Below, piece after piece: positions 47,136 to 58,655 of a stretch of DNA of 64,000 bases. Source of the stretch: Bdellovibrionota bacterium (GTDB lineage Bacteria > Bdellovibrionota_C > UBA2361 > JBIKWN01); the NCBI GenBank assembly GCA_044356295.1, contig JBIKWN010000006.1, positions 1-64,000 of the forward strand. Reading direction: 5' to 3'. Below the pieces are notes generated by a model. It saw only the letters and a list, made by a program, of their open reading frames with translations, searched no databases and was not told the origin of the DNA. The number at the start of each line of letters is the position of its first letter. Position 1 is the stretch's first letter. A program made the translations under genes and the position numbers.

Positions 47136-47771
47136 ATGGAATATTTCATCGACCTCTTCTTACACCTCGACAAACACCTTGATACACTTGTTCTCTCTGC
47201 TGGGAATTGGACCTATGCAATACTCTTTCTCATTATTTTTTGCGAAACAGGATTAGTTGTTACTCCGATTCTTCCTGGTGATTCACTACTTTTTGCCGCA
47301 GGAGCTCTTGCAGCATTAAGTTCATTAAATATTTACTTATTAATTGTTCTTCTCACTATTGCAGCGATACTTGGAGATGCCGTCAATTATGCCATTGGAA
47401 GAAAATTAGGCATGAAAGCATTTGATAATCCAAATTCAAAGATTTTTAAAAAAGAGTACCTTGAAAAGACTCAAAGTTTTTACGAACGCTACGGTGGAAA
47501 AACAATCATCATTGCTCGTTTTGTCCCAATTGTCAGAACCTTTGCTCCTTTCTTAGCAGGAGTAGGCAAAATGCCTTATTCGCAGTTTGGGTTCTATAAT
47601 ATAACAGGGGCGATCTTCTGGATTACATCGATGACATACGCTGGGTATATTTTTGGCGGTATTGAAATCGTCAAAAAGAATTTTAGCGTTGTTGTTATAT
47701 TAATTGTAATCCTATCTATCCTTCCTGCTGTATTCGAAGTAGTTCGATCGAGGAAGACAAAAAATAATTAA
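47136..47771 (+). CDS. dedA: DedA-family membrane protein
   Basis: FCETGL...[25 protein letters not shown]. Confidence 0.92.
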   Translation: MEYFIDLFLHLDKHLDTLVLSAGNWTYAILFLIIFCETGLVVTPILPGDSLLFAAGALAALSSLNIYLLIVLLTIAAILGDAVNYAIGRKLGMKAFDNPNSKIFKKEYLEKTQSFYERYGGKTIIIARFVPIVRTFAPFLAGVGKMPYSQFGFYNITGAIFWITSMTYAGYIFGGIEIVKKNFSVVVILIVILSILPAVFEVVRSRKTKNN

Positions 47772-47777
47772 AACTTT

Positions 47778-49748
47778 TCAGATCTCTTCAGCTTCAGGAT
47801 ACACCCGCTTTAATGAATATGTTCTTGGAGCTGAAATAACGAGCGGTACCTTTTCTGTCATGACAGAACTGGTGTCTAGTCCAAAGCCGCGCTCTTCTGA
47901 TAGGGCAAAGCGTTTGAGTATTGAATAACCCAACATTATAGTTTGTTCATAGAAAGGAAGATCATTTTCAGCAGCAAGTGATTTTTCAAGAACAATAAAC
48001 CTAAAATCACCTGGGATGTTGTTTTTTCGAAGTGATTCGTATCGACTTAAAATATCAACTTCATTGTTATTTGAAAGCTCTTCAAGAACTTGTCTAAATA
48101 AAACATTAATTCTCGGTTCAAGTCGAAAACCAAGACTAAAATCGATTCTAAAAACTTTTCCAGGAACAAGTGGCACAACTTCATATTCGGTTGTGTAAGG
48201 TTCATCAACAACATCGACATGAATAAACCAATATACATCTGCTTTCTTAGGGCGCTTACGAAAGATTGAATAAATAATTTTACTTTCAATCATTTCAGAT
48301 ACAGGGGCACCTGTAAGATAGACAAGATGGGTTGAGAATTTAGGAATTGAAGCGTCTTTGCTGAGGTCTTCTAACGAATCCAAATGATCGCTCAGTGCAA
48401 CATATTCTGTATATCGACGTTTCAAGCGAGTTGCTTGATTCCAGATCCACATTGAGGCAAAAAGTGCTCCTCCAATAATGACCGTGACGTATCCTCCATG
48501 CATAAACTTAATGAGATTTGAAACGAGGAACGCACCTTCAATCGGAAGATAGAAACCAAGAAACAACCAGATTAATAAAGGGGAAATTCTTTTTAGTCGT
48601 AAATAAAAACTAAACAGTACTGTTGTCATTAACATAGTAATTGTAATTGACAACCCGTATGCAGCTTCCATGTTGCTTGATTCACGGAAATACAGAACAA
48701 CACCAACGCATCCTAAAAATAACATCAAGTTTAAAGCAGGAACGTAAATCTGACCTTTAACTTCCGTAGGATAAACAATTCGACTCTTCGGAAAGAAATA
48801 AAGTCGAATTGCCTCAGCTACCAAAGTAAAAGAGCCTGAAATTAATGCCTGGCTGGCAATAATTGCAGCACCTGTTGCAATGGCAATTCCAAACATTAAG
48901 AACCAGTCAGGCATCATTGCAAAAAAAGGATTTCTATCTTCAAGAGGTTGACCAATATTTTTAAGTAACCACGCACCTTGTCCGAAATAATTAATGAGTA
49001 ATGCAAGTTTTACAAAACCCCAACTAAACCTAATATTTGGTTTTCCGCAGTGCCCTAGATCAGAATAAAGAGCCTCCGCTCCAGTAGTACAAAGAAAAAT
49101 TGCACCGAGCGCCCAAAAACCATGACTGTGATGAAACAGGAGTTGAAATCCATAGAGTGGATTTATAGCTCTAAGCACAGAAAAATTATCAACTAACTGA
49201 TTCATACCGAGAACTGCGAGCATCGTGAACCAGATAAACATTACTGGACCAAATAATTTCCCGACTGCTTTGGTTCCAAAATGCTGAACAGAAAAGAGCA
49301 ACGTAATAATGACTAAGACAATTGGTACTGTTGGAATGTCTGGATAGATAATCCTCAATCCTTCAATTGCAGAGGATACCGATATAGGGGGAGTAATAAT
49401 TCCATCCGCGAGAAGAGCACTACCACCAATGATGGCAGGAAAAATCAACCATTTTGCTTGTCTTCTTGTTAGAGCAAATAGTGAAAAGATACCACCCTCA
49501 CCTTTATTGTCCGCTTGAAGAATCAACCAAACGTATTTAATCGTCGTTAGGGATGTCAGAGTCCAAAAAATTAAAGACAGTCCACCCAGAACTACTTCTT
49601 CAGATATATGCTCTAACCCTATGACTGCTTTTAATACATAGAGGGGTGAAGTACCTATATCTCCATATATGATACCTAATGCAACGAGAAACGTAGCGGC
49701 TGTAACCTTATTGTCATGCCCGTTATGATGAGTACTTGATGATGCCAT
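47778..49748 (-). CDS. kup: KUP/HAK/KT potassium transporter
   Basis: GIIYGDIGTSPLY, ADNKGEGG, TGAEALYSDLGH, GQIY.P. Confidence 0.95.
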   Translation of the reverse strand: MASSSTHHNGHDNKVTAATFLVALGIIYGDIGTSPLYVLKAVIGLEHISEEVVLGGLSLIFWTLTSLTTIKYVWLILQADNKGEGGIFSLFALTRRQAKWLIFPAIIGGSALLADGIITPPISVSSAIEGLRIIYPDIPTVPIVLVIITLLFSVQHFGTKAVGKLFGPVMFIWFTMLAVLGMNQLVDNFSVLRAINPLYGFQLLFHHSHGFWALGAIFLCTTGAEALYSDLGHCGKPNIRFSWGFVKLALLINYFGQGAWLLKNIGQPLEDRNPFFAMMPDWFLMFGIAIATGAAIIASQALISGSFTLVAEAIRLYFFPKSRIVYPTEVKGQIYVPALNLMLFLGCVGVVLYFRESSNMEAAYGLSITITMLMTTVLFSFYLRLKRISPLLIWLFLGFYLPIEGAFLVSNLIKFMHGGYVTVIIGGALFASMWIWNQATRLKRRYTEYVALSDHLDSLEDLSKDASIPKFSTHLVYLTGAPVSEMIESKIIYSIFRKRPKKADVYWFIHVDVVDEPYTTEYEVVPLVPGKVFRIDFSLGFRLEPRINVLFRQVLEELSNNNEVDILSRYESLRKNNIPGDFRFIVLEKSLAAENDLPFYEQTIMLGYSILKRFALSEERGFGLDTSSVMTEKVPLVISAPRTYSLKRVYPEAEEI

Positions 49749-49898
49749 AAACTTCCAAAACAACCCTCTAGAGGAGCAGATCATATACCGTTCACTTCAA
49801 CCTTCAACCCCTAGAATCACTTCCAGCTCAAAAAGCGAAAAGAATCCTAAGTTTCCCAAAGACTTGACATAGACGAATTGGTAAGGAAAAGTTAGCCC

Positions 49899-51977
49899 AT
49901 GCAAGATATTACCCCTTTCCTTCTTTTCGTCCTTAAATGTTCAACTATAGGTCTAGGCGCAATTGCTCTGGTCCTTGCCCTTAAACTTTACAATGACATC
50001 AAAAAACTTCCTGCCGGAGAGGGCAAGTTATTTGATGTTGCTCTTGCAATACGAACCGGAGCCTTCGCGTACCTGAATGAGCAATTCAAGTATATTGCTC
50101 CTTTTGCAGGTGCCGCATTCTTACTCATATTTTTTACCATTGGGTTTGATTCAGCTATTTCGTATCTTGTTGGTGCTGGATTTTCACTTCTCGCAGGCTA
50201 CCTTGGAATGAACGCAGCTACGATGGCAAACGTAAGAACTGCAGTCGTTGCTTCTCAAAATAAACCAAAAGAAGCTTTGATGGTTGCTTTCAATGGTGGA
50301 AGCGTCATGGGACTTATTGTTGCAGGACTAGGAATCATTGGTCTTGGAGTTCTTTTCTTCCTTTACGGCAACCCTGAGCATCATGAAGCAATTATTGGAT
50401 TCGGATTAGGCGCATCATCAGTTGCTCTTTTCGCAAGAATTGGCGGAGGTATTTATACAAAAGCTGCTGACGTTGGTTCAGATCTTGTTGGAAAAATGGA
50501 AGCAGGAATTCCTGAAGATGACCCTCGTAACCCTGGTGTTATAGCTGATAACGTCGGTGATAACGTTGGTGACGTTGCAGGAATGGGTGCTGATATATTT
50601 GAATCATTCGTAAGCATTACTATTGGTTGCGTTGCCGTTGCAGCAACTCTAAGCCTTACAGATTTAGGAACTATTACTACTTGGACACTTGATAATCCGA
50701 CAACGATTCTTTTGGCTCAAAAAGTTGCAATGTTTACTCCAATATTTCAAGGAGTAATCGGACTTATCGCTTGTTTGATCGGAATGAAGATGATGTATGC
50801 GTTCAAAGAAGGTGAGCCTGCTGCTGCGCTTCGTAACGTTACAATTGCAACAACAGTAATTTATCTTGCTCTTGCATTTGCCTACTTCTTCTTTATGCCT
50901 GGTGTGAAATTCTCTTTATTCTTTACATTACTTGTTGGTGCTCTTGCAGGTTTAGGAATTGGGTTTGTGAGTGAATACTACACTGCATCAAAACCTATCT
51001 ATGCAATTTGTAATGCTTCCAAAACTGGTGCTGCTACAAATATTATTGCAGGTATAGCTACAGGATTTAGTTCATGTGCGGTGCCAATCTTACTAATCGT
51101 TATCGCAACTGCTATTTCTCATGCAGTCGGTGGCGTATATGGTTCAGCATTAGCCGGTGTTTCAATGCTTGCAACTGTTGCAATCACTATGACAATCGAT
51201 GCGTATGGTCCGATTGCAGATAATGCTGGTGGTATCAGCGAGATGGCAGGACTTGGTGCCGAGACTCGTGCAATCACTGATAAACTTGACGCAATTGGTA
51301 ATACCACTGCGGCAATAGGAAAAGGATTTGCAATTGGTGCTTCTGGATTAACAGCTTTATCACTTTTTGCTGCCTATGCTCAGGTTGTTCAAAGTGGAAC
51401 TCGTCACTTTGATTTAAGCATTACAAACTCTAACCTTGTTATTGGAGTTTTTCTTGGTTCGATTGTCCCTGTTCTTGTAGCTGCATTCACGATGAGCTCA
51501 GTTGGTAAAGCTGCTGGACTTATGGTTGAAGAGATACGTCGACAGTTCAGAGAAATCCCAGGTCTTCTTGAAGGTCATCCTGATGCAAAACCTGACGTTC
51601 AAAAGTGTGTTGCTATTTCTACAAGAGCTGCACTATCTGAGATGCGCCTTCCTGGACTACTTGCTGTTGGCTCGCCAATAGCCGTTGGATTCATTCTTGG
51701 AGCTGAAGCTCTTGGTGGATTCCTTTTAGGTGTAACCGTTGTAGGAGTTGTCCTTGGAATCTTTATGGCAAACGCTGGTGGCGCTTGGGATAACGCTAAA
51801 AAATTCATCGAACAAGGACTTATTGCTGGTGAGAAAAAAGGAAGTGATGCTCACAAAGCTGCGGTTATTGGAGATACCGTAGGAGATCCTTTCAAAGATA
51901 CTTCAGGACCTGCTCTTAATATCCTTATAAAACTTGTTTCAATCCTTGCACTTGTTATTGCACCGTTACTGAAATAA
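49899..51977 (+). CDS. hppA: Membrane ion-translocating pyrophosphatase, K+-dependent signature
   Basis: [45 protein letters not shown]. Confidence 0.95.
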   Translation: MQDITPFLLFVLKCSTIGLGAIALVLALKLYNDIKKLPAGEGKLFDVALAIRTGAFAYLNEQFKYIAPFAGAAFLLIFFTIGFDSAISYLVGAGFSLLAGYLGMNAATMANVRTAVVASQNKPKEALMVAFNGGSVMGLIVAGLGIIGLGVLFFLYGNPEHHEAIIGFGLGASSVALFARIGGGIYTKAADVGSDLVGKMEAGIPEDDPRNPGVIADNVGDNVGDVAGMGADIFESFVSITIGCVAVAATLSLTDLGTITTWTLDNPTTILLAQKVAMFTPIFQGVIGLIACLIGMKMMYAFKEGEPAAALRNVTIATTVIYLALAFAYFFFMPGVKFSLFFTLLVGALAGLGIGFVSEYYTASKPIYAICNASKTGAATNIIAGIATGFSSCAVPILLIVIATAISHAVGGVYGSALAGVSMLATVAITMTIDAYGPIADNAGGISEMAGLGAETRAITDKLDAIGNTTAAIGKGFAIGASGLTALSLFAAYAQVVQSGTRHFDLSITNSNLVIGVFLGSIVPVLVAAFTMSSVGKAAGLMVEEIRRQFREIPGLLEGHPDAKPDVQKCVAISTRAALSEMRLPGLLAVGSPIAVGFILGAEALGGFLLGVTVVGVVLGIFMANAGGAWDNAKKFIEQGLIAGEKKGSDAHKAAVIGDTVGDPFKDTSGPALNILIKLVSILALVIAPLLK

Positions 51978-51998
51978 TTTTTAAAAGATTAAAATTAT

Positions 51999-52038
51999 AA
52001 AAGCCGTTGTATTGATTAAACAATACAACGGCTTTTTT
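51999..52038. terminator. Bidirectional rho-independent terminator
   Basis: AAAAGCCGTTGTATTG-N6-CAATACAACGGCTTTT between convergent genes. Confidence 0.8.
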
Positions 52039-52057
52039 ATATTACTTTACGGTCAGG

Positions 52058-52324
52058 CTATCCTCGTCTCATGACCTCACGATTGTCATTCACAAGCTCC
52101 TTAATATCTTCGACAGCATCCTTGGCTTGTTCAAAATAACTCGAAGCATTTTCAACATAGCGTTCAACCGCTGCTTTTGACCATGTATTATGTGTAGGAA
52201 TCTGAACTTTCCTCACAGCTTCGTTTACATACGGAATAGCACTAGGGAAAACTAATGCAACTTCATTATATCCCCACTGCGCGACACTCGAATAAAAAAT
52301 ACATGCCAGAACAAAACGAATCAT
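52058..52324 (-). CDS. Small hypothetical protein
   Basis: GGGAGA RBS; hydrophobic N-terminus. Confidence 0.5.
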   Translation of the reverse strand: MIRFVLACIFYSSVAQWGYNEVALVFPSAIPYVNEAVRKVQIPTHNTWSKAAVERYVENASSYFEQAKDAVEDIKELVNDNREVMRRG

Positions 52325-52511
52325 AGACTTCTCCCGCTTTTACTACTCTTTTTGGGGCTTTTGGATTCTTGAAGAACCACTATCCCTCGCAATGAATAAG
52401 CTATCGTTTTAGAGTCGAATTTATTTTAGCTTTGAGAGCTTTTTTTATTTTTTTCTAATAATTTTTTTGGGGAAATTGAAAAAGAGTACGTATTTTTATG
52501 AGACGAAAACC

Positions 52512-53264
52512 CTAAGACTTTTTAATAATTCGAACGCCACCGGCCCTATTTTGGCGTGTTGGGTCAGAGTGAAGCCTTGCTAATCGCTCTTTTTCAGCAT
52601 CTTTCTCTATGCGCTCCTTTTCTTTTTTCTTCCAAGAAATTAACTCGTGAGGTGGCTTCATCGCCTCTGATTCTTTGATAACAAGATTGAAATAATATGT
52701 TCGAAGTGACTCGTCTAATCCCTGAATCGCTTTTGCATAAACTTTTAAATCTCGAACTTTTTCACCTGGACTAGAGCCAGTAACTTTTGAAGTTGCAATT
52801 GCATCAAGCGTGTTGAGAGCAGATGGAACTAAATGAGCAATTGCTGCTTCTTCTCTAGCACGACGTCTTTGTCGATGTGTAGAAGCAGCAAGAGTTGTGA
52901 CTTCTACTAATGAATCAACAGAAAACGGCTCAAGAAGAACCCCATCACATCCATCTAAAATACTTGATGTAAGACCTGCTTTGCCAGTTTCCCCGCTTAG
53001 TAATATTAAGTACGCGCTATCTTGACCTTGAGAGGTTTGCTTGGCTTCATCGATAAAAGTTCGGATTGATTTCTCACCTGATTCAGGACCAACAAAAACT
53101 ATAATTCTTTGGTCACCATCTTTTAAGACTTCAAGCCCTTTTTTAAATTCAGAACAAAGAGCTACAGAGCCAAAAGACAAGACTGAAGCAGTCGCGGCTT
53201 TAAGACGCATTCTGCGTTCACGGTTTGGATCCACAACAAGAATGTCATATTTTTCTAATGCCAT
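52512..53264 (-). CDS. Degenerate receiver-domain protein
   Basis: ILVVD start and G.DG.L..PF.V..L receiver end, but no phospho-acceptor Asp at the end of beta3. Confidence 0.5.
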   Translation of the reverse strand: MALEKYDILVVDPNRERRMRLKAATASVLSFGSVALCSEFKKGLEVLKDGDQRIIVFVGPESGEKSIRTFIDEAKQTSQGQDSAYLILLSGETGKAGLTSSILDGCDGVLLEPFSVDSLVEVTTLAASTHRQRRRAREEAAIAHLVPSALNTLDAIATSKVTGSSPGEKVRDLKVYAKAIQGLDESLRTYYFNLVIKESEAMKPPHELISWKKKEKERIEKDAEKERLARLHSDPTRQNRAGGVRIIKKS

Positions 53265-53298
53265 AAGTCTTCAAATACTAAACTAATCTTTCAGGATT

Positions 53299-54390
53299 CT
53301 ACCACGATAATTTTGACCAAACGAGTGCATGATCTGAGGCTTCTTGATAACCATTAATGATACCCGAGTTATAATTACCCTCTTTATCAATATTTTCGCG
53401 AAATAGAACAACAGCTTGTGGATTCACCAAAATATCATCGAGGAAAGAGAAAACTTTATTATATACAAAAGTCCCAGGTAGTTTAGCTGTTTCTGGATCA
53501 TTGGTTATCACACTGAAAAATTTTACTGGTTGGCGAATATTTCCTTGGCAAATAGGTGTTCCCCGTTTTGTTAATCGACAACGACCTTTTTCTTTAAAAT
53601 CTTCAATTACTAACGAACCCTCTAAGATACGAGCAGATGCAGTATCGAAGTGAGCGTTTCTATCACCAAGCAGTATCACAGGCTCTCCAGCTTCCATCTG
53701 ATTTTTAAATCGATTTTCAAGCACGCGTCGAATTCCCTCTGCCATTTCCATTCGATAGGTCTCCCACTGCAATGCCGCAGGGTCATCTTTTGATCCACTC
53801 TTTGATTTAAAATGTAAATTAAGGATTGATATATTTTTATCTAATCTACCATCTTTGCCATCGACCGATATCTGAATCTCTAATGGTGAACGAGTAAACT
53901 GTCTTGGTTTTTGATTATTATCGAGTTTAGGAAGCAGCAGCCTTCGATATGTAACAGTATTTATAATTTGCGCCTTATCTGCAGCTACAAGAAATGCGTT
54001 CCTCTGAGAATTTTCATTTACATCACCGATCTTTGAAATAAAACGTCTACTTGTACTAATTTTTAAAATCTCTGCTAATCGATCGAGATTGAAAGCTGCA
54101 ATTTCATTAGTTGAACCAACTAGTTCTTGAAGTCCAATGACATCACATTCAGCTTTCATGAAACGCTTAATAAGGTCTTTTTCTTTAGCGTTTGGTTCAG
54201 CTTGTACAAGTTTTCCTGCGATTTTTTTTAGTGGTTCTCCGCTATAATTTTTAAGATTTTGACTGCATACGACTAAACTGGTCTTACGAGAATCCAATGA
54301 GATATTTTCAAGATTGGTTCTGGATTGCGCTGATAGAAGCGATGCAAAACAAAAAAATAACAGGTTAAATTTAAATAAAACAGCTCTCAA
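53299..54390 (-). CDS. Exported EEP-family nuclease/phosphatase
   Basis: Signal peptide; QNL.N, GLQE, H.KSK, GDRN, SDH. Confidence 0.75.
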   Translation of the reverse strand: MRAVLFKFNLLFFCFASLLSAQSRTNLENISLDSRKTSLVVCSQNLKNYSGEPLKKIAGKLVQAEPNAKEKDLIKRFMKAECDVIGLQELVGSTNEIAAFNLDRLAEILKISTSRRFISKIGDVNENSQRNAFLVAADKAQIINTVTYRRLLLPKLDNNQKPRQFTRSPLEIQISVDGKDGRLDKNISILNLHFKSKSGSKDDPAALQWETYRMEMAEGIRRVLENRFKNQMEAGEPVILLGDRNAHFDTASARILEGSLVIEDFKEKGRCRLTKRGTPICQGNIRQPVKFFSVITNDPETAKLPGTFVYNKVFSFLDDILVNPQAVVLFRENIDKEGNYNSGIINGYQEASDHALVWSKLSW

Positions 54391-54937
54391 TCGAAACTCC
54401 AGTTTTTAATGCGTTCTTTAAACGAGACGTTGCAAGGTGACCAATTAATATCGCATCAATAATATCTTGATGTGACTTTACTACTGACAAACCAAAAGCT
54501 TTCAGTGAGTCCGCATAAAGCGTTTGCACAGTTTGTAATGCACTTTGCTTAACAACCGATCTCTGTAGCTGCTTACCTCTGAGCCCCATCACTTCAAACT
54601 GTACTGTCCGAGGAGAAATTCTTCCTGGAACTGAACAACCATGCTGCCTTCCTAATGTTTCGAATATACCCCTCACCCGTTCTACTTTGAAAGCAGCTTT
54701 TGGATCAATCATAGTCGTTTCTGATTCGCATATAACGACATCAGAGTTTCCGAAATTAAAGTGATTAAAAAGTTCCACAATCTGCTTCTGTAAATCATCA
54801 TATCGCTGAGACAACGAATGCTGAGACGCCGGTAAGCTCTTTATTTTACCAACTGCCTGCAAAGAATTCGTTGAAACCTCAAAAACTGCCCATCCCGAAC
54901 AGGTAAGACTAGGATCGACCGCTAACACATACCGCAT
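54371..54937 (-). CDS. ruvC: RuvC-family Holliday junction resolvase
   Basis: LAVDPS....GW, ICE, RG, D..DA acidic residues in RuvC order. Confidence 0.65.
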   Translation of the reverse strand: MRYVLAVDPSLTCSGWAVFEVSTNSLQAVGKIKSLPASQHSLSQRYDDLQKQIVELFNHFNFGNSDVVICESETTMIDPKAAFKVERVRGIFETLGRQHGCSVPGRISPRTVQFEVMGLRGKQLQRSVVKQSALQTVQTLYADSLKAFGLSVVKSHQDIIDAILIGHLATSRLKNALKTGVSIESCFI

Positions 54938-55006
54938 GCTCCTATTTTTAACTGTTTAGGAAAGGTAGACAAAGCCCCTAAAAAGCTGAGAAACTCACCC
55001 CTCGTT

Positions 55007-55975
55007 ATGGATCAAGAATTAATTGCAGACCTCTATCGCCAAATGCTCCGAATTCGTCGTTTTGAAGAAGAAGCCGCCAGGCTTTACACAGAACGTAAAA
55101 TTGGGGGATTCCTTCACCTTTATATTGGACAAGAAGCAGTAGCTGTTGGCTCTGTGTCAGTACTAGACCTTAAAAAGGACTACGTAATGACTGCCTACCG
55201 TTGTCATGGACACTACTTATCTTGTGGGGGCTCATCCCGCGCTGGGATGGCTGAGCTCCTTGGGAAAGAGACTGGGTGCGCCAAAGGGCGTGGTGGCTCA
55301 ATGCACTTTTATGACGTTGCAAACCATTTTATGGGCGGCTGGGGTATTGTTGGTGCCCAGTGTCCTGTTGCGGCTGGAATCGCTTTTGCTCAGAAATATC
55401 AAAACACTGATGGTGTTACTATTTGTTTTCTTGGTGATGGTGCTATCAATATTGGTCCTTTCCATGAAGCTATGTCTTTGGCTGCTCTCTGGAACCTCCC
55501 AGTGATTTTTATCATTGAAAACAATCAATTTGCGATGGGAACCCCTTTGCATAAAACCGCACCTGTTGAAGATGTTTCAATCCGAGCTATGGGATACCCA
55601 ATGGCAAGAGATACTATGGATGGACATGATGTATTTGCAGTACGTTCAGTCATGCATGCAGCAGTAAAACGTGCACGTGAACAAAAACTTCCTACTTTGA
55701 TTGAAGCAAAAACATATCGTTACCGTGGTCACTCAATGGCAGACCCTGGAACCTACCGTACAAAAGAAGAAGTCGAGGAACGTAAGAAATTAGACCCTAT
55801 CTTTTCACTAGGCAGTAAACTTGAGTCCTTAGGCATGAGTGCTGCAAAAACAAAAATTGATGATGCTATAGAAGCTGAGATTCAAGATGCAGTAAAATTT
55901 GCTGAAGAATCCAATTTCCCAGACCCATCAACCGCTGCACAGTATGTGTACTGTGATGACACTCCACTCATGTAA
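55007..55975 (+). CDS. pdhA: Pyruvate dehydrogenase E1 alpha subunit
   Basis: GFLHLYIGQEA, GRGGSMH, GDGA...NN TPP motif, YRYRGHSMADP. Confidence 0.93.
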   Translation: MDQELIADLYRQMLRIRRFEEEAARLYTERKIGGFLHLYIGQEAVAVGSVSVLDLKKDYVMTAYRCHGHYLSCGGSSRAGMAELLGKETGCAKGRGGSMHFYDVANHFMGGWGIVGAQCPVAAGIAFAQKYQNTDGVTICFLGDGAINIGPFHEAMSLAALWNLPVIFIIENNQFAMGTPLHKTAPVEDVSIRAMGYPMARDTMDGHDVFAVRSVMHAAVKRAREQKLPTLIEAKTYRYRGHSMADPGTYRTKEEVEERKKLDPIFSLGSKLESLGMSAAKTKIDDAIEAEIQDAVKFAEESNFPDPSTAAQYVYCDDTPLM

Positions 55976-55989
55976 TAAAAAATATAGTT

Positions 55990-56994
55990 ATGGCAACAGC
56001 AATGAATAACATTCCACAAGTTCGAGAAATAGCAATCCGTGATGCTCTAAAAGAGGCAATGGATGAGGAGATGTCCCGTGATGAGCGAGTCTTTCTTATG
56101 GGTGAAGAGGTTGGTTCCTATAATGGAGCTTACAAAGCATCAAAAGGTTTATTAGAAAAATATGGCGCGAAAAGAGTTATTGATACTCCAATCGCAGAGA
56201 ATGGTTTTGCTGGTATTGGTGTTGGAGCTGCAATGCTTGGGCTTCGTCCTGTTATTGAGTTTATGACTTTTAACTTTTCTTTGATTGCAATTGACCAAAT
56301 TCTAAACTCTGCTGCAAAAGGTCATCTTATGTCAGCAGGTCAACTGAGTTGCCCTATTACATTTAGAGGTGCTGGTGGTGCTGCGTATCAACTTGGTGCA
56401 CAACATGCGAGCTCGTTTGAACATTTCTATGCTTACACTCCTGGATTAAAAGTTGTTGCGCCTGCAACTCCGTATGACATGAAGGGACTTCTGAAAGCAT
56501 GTATCCGCGATGATAATCCGTGCTGCTTTTTTGAAAGCGAATTAACGTATGGTTTGAAAGGTCCGGTACCTGAAGAAGAATATATAATTCCAATTGGTAA
56601 AGCTGATATTAAACGTGAAGGTACTGATATTACTATTATTAGTTGGTCAAAGAATGTATTTATTGCGCTCGATACTGCAAAAGAATTAGAGAAACAAGGA
56701 ATCTCGGCAGAAGTAGTAGATCTTCGAACACTTCGACCTCTTGATAAGGAAGCAATCTTTAAATCAGTTGCAAAAACTCATCGTTGTTTAATTATTCAAG
56801 AACAAAATCTTGTTGCTAGTTACGGTGCTTATATTTCGCATTTAATTAATTCAGAGATCTTTGATGAGCTTGATGCTCCGGTTCGATTACTTTCTTCTTT
56901 AGAAATACCGATGCCATATTCAAAAACTCTTGAAGCAGTAATTCTGCCTAACAAAGATAAAGCTGTTGCAGAAGCATTAAGAGTGCTTGCTTAA
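55990..56994 (+). CDS. pdhB: Pyruvate dehydrogenase E1 beta subunit
   Basis: DTPIAE.GF, EFMTFNF, DLRTLRPLD. Confidence 0.92.
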   Translation: MATAMNNIPQVREIAIRDALKEAMDEEMSRDERVFLMGEEVGSYNGAYKASKGLLEKYGAKRVIDTPIAENGFAGIGVGAAMLGLRPVIEFMTFNFSLIAIDQILNSAAKGHLMSAGQLSCPITFRGAGGAAYQLGAQHASSFEHFYAYTPGLKVVAPATPYDMKGLLKACIRDDNPCCFFESELTYGLKGPVPEEEYIIPIGKADIKREGTDITIISWSKNVFIALDTAKELEKQGISAEVVDLRTLRPLDKEAIFKSVAKTHRCLIIQEQNLVASYGAYISHLINSEIFDELDAPVRLLSSLEIPMPYSKTLEAVILPNKDKAVAEALRVLA

Positions 56995-56999
56995 ATTGT

Positions 57000-57527
57000 A
57001 TGGCAATAATCCCCTATCAAGGCAAAAAGCCCTCTATAAAAGAGAGTAACTTTATTGCTCCTGATAGCTGGATTATTGGAGATGTAACACTCGGAGAAAA
57101 CGTCTCAATATTTTTTGGTAGCGTTCTTCGAGGCGATATTCAGACGATTTCAGTTGGTGATAATACCAATATTCAGGAGCACTCTCTGCTACACACCTCG
57201 CACGGCAGAACACCTTGTATCGTTGGTAAAAATGTCACTGTTGGACACCGCGCAATACTTCATGGATGTTCTATTGGTGATAACTGTATTATTGGGATGG
57301 GATCCACAATATTAGATGAAGCAGTTATTCCTAATAATTGTATTGTCGGAGCTAACAGTCTTGTGACTGAAGGTAAAACTTTTCCTGAGAAATCTTTAAT
57401 CTTAGGAAGTCCTGCAAAGGCTGTTCGATCACTTACAGAAGAGGATCTCGAACAGATCCAACAATCACGAAATTTTTATGTTGAAACTGGGAAAACATTA
57501 CACGAATTTTTCTTAGGACATCCATAA
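57000..57527 (+). CDS. Gamma-carbonic anhydrase family hexapeptide-repeat protein
   Basis: LRGD, NIQE...H, TVGH..ILHGC. Confidence 0.9.
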   Translation: MAIIPYQGKKPSIKESNFIAPDSWIIGDVTLGENVSIFFGSVLRGDIQTISVGDNTNIQEHSLLHTSHGRTPCIVGKNVTVGHRAILHGCSIGDNCIIGMGSTILDEAVIPNNCIVGANSLVTEGKTFPEKSLILGSPAKAVRSLTEEDLEQIQQSRNFYVETGKTLHEFFLGHP

Positions 57528-58636
57528 TGAGCATTTTTCGATCGAGCTTATCTCTCTTCATTTGTATCACTTCTATACATATTCTGATTTTTTCTAAAAC
57601 TGAATGTTATTCACAGCCTCAACAGCAAGTCACAAAGATAGGTATTTCTGTATCCTTAACAGGTGATGGCGCAGTAATTGGAGCAGATATGAAATCTGCA
57701 TTTGAATTTGCCAATAAAATGTATGGTAAAGATAAATACGAGCTTATTTTTGAAGATGACCGCTGTGATGCCAAGACTGCATCCTCAATTGCACATAAAT
57801 TCAGCGAAATTGATAAAGTACAGTATGTACTTGGCTTTACGTGCAGTAGTGCTGCCGCTGCAACAGTCCCAATATATGAAAAAGCAAAAGTACTGATGCT
57901 CGCAACTTCAGCTTCTTCACCACGTCTTATTAATGTAAGTCCATATTTTTTTCGCCTATGTCCTAATGATCTTGATGCTGCAAAAATTTTAGGTTCCTAT
58001 GCATCAAAAAAATTTAATCACATTGGTTTAATTGCAGAAGTAACTGAATACGCACAAGCTCTTGGGGACGAATTTGAAAAAGGTCTCATAGGCGCGGGTA
58101 AAAAAGTAGAGCGAGAAAATGTTTTGCCCAATTCAACAGATTTTCGTCCTATGATTTTTCGAATGATCAATAAGGGAATAGACGCATTATTTATCAATAC
58201 TCAAGCTGAAAAAATATTCAGTGTCGTATTACTCCAAGCAAAACAATCTAAACCAACTATTCCTATCCTTGGGGCTTATTGGCCAGGTTCAAACGCAGTA
58301 CTCGAACTTGCTCATAAAGAGTTAGAAGGTACTGTCTTTGTTGATACACCTTCCCTTGATTCGATTCTAAATGCTGAAGGTCAATCTATGTTGAGAGAGT
58401 TCTATAACCAAGGCGGAAGGATACTTGGAACAGAAGCTATGTTTGCGACGGCTTTTGAAGGGTTTCGATCACTCACACAGGCAATTGAATCTGGCATCGA
58501 TCCCCGTGAATTTCTACAAAAAACAACTTTTCATGGTGTGTTTGGTACATATACGTTCGATGAAAAAAGAGAGCTTCAAGGCCTACCATTAGCTCTAAAA
58601 ATAATAAAAGATAGTAAAGCTGTTATTCTAAATTGA
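57527..58636 (+). CDS. ABC substrate-binding protein, branched-chain amino acid (LivJ-like) family; no transporter genes adjacent
   Basis: KIG...SLTG, EDD.CD, G..CS, FFRL.P.D. Confidence 0.8.
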   Translation: MSIFRSSLSLFICITSIHILIFSKTECYSQPQQQVTKIGISVSLTGDGAVIGADMKSAFEFANKMYGKDKYELIFEDDRCDAKTASSIAHKFSEIDKVQYVLGFTCSSAAAATVPIYEKAKVLMLATSASSPRLINVSPYFFRLCPNDLDAAKILGSYASKKFNHIGLIAEVTEYAQALGDEFEKGLIGAGKKVERENVLPNSTDFRPMIFRMINKGIDALFINTQAEKIFSVVLLQAKQSKPTIPILGAYWPGSNAVLELAHKELEGTVFVDTPSLDSILNAEGQSMLREFYNQGGRILGTEAMFATAFEGFRSLTQAIESGIDPREFLQKTTFHGVFGTYTFDEKRELQGLPLALKIIKDSKAVILN

Positions 58637-58655
58637 TTTTTCTTGAAGAATTTAA

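Noticed and set aside
54371..54937. RuvC-like ORF as a TnpB/Cas12-type RNA-guided nuclease
   Set aside because: Only 188 aa, with no zinc finger or recognition lobe and no adjacent array or ncRNA; it fits a Holliday junction resolvase.
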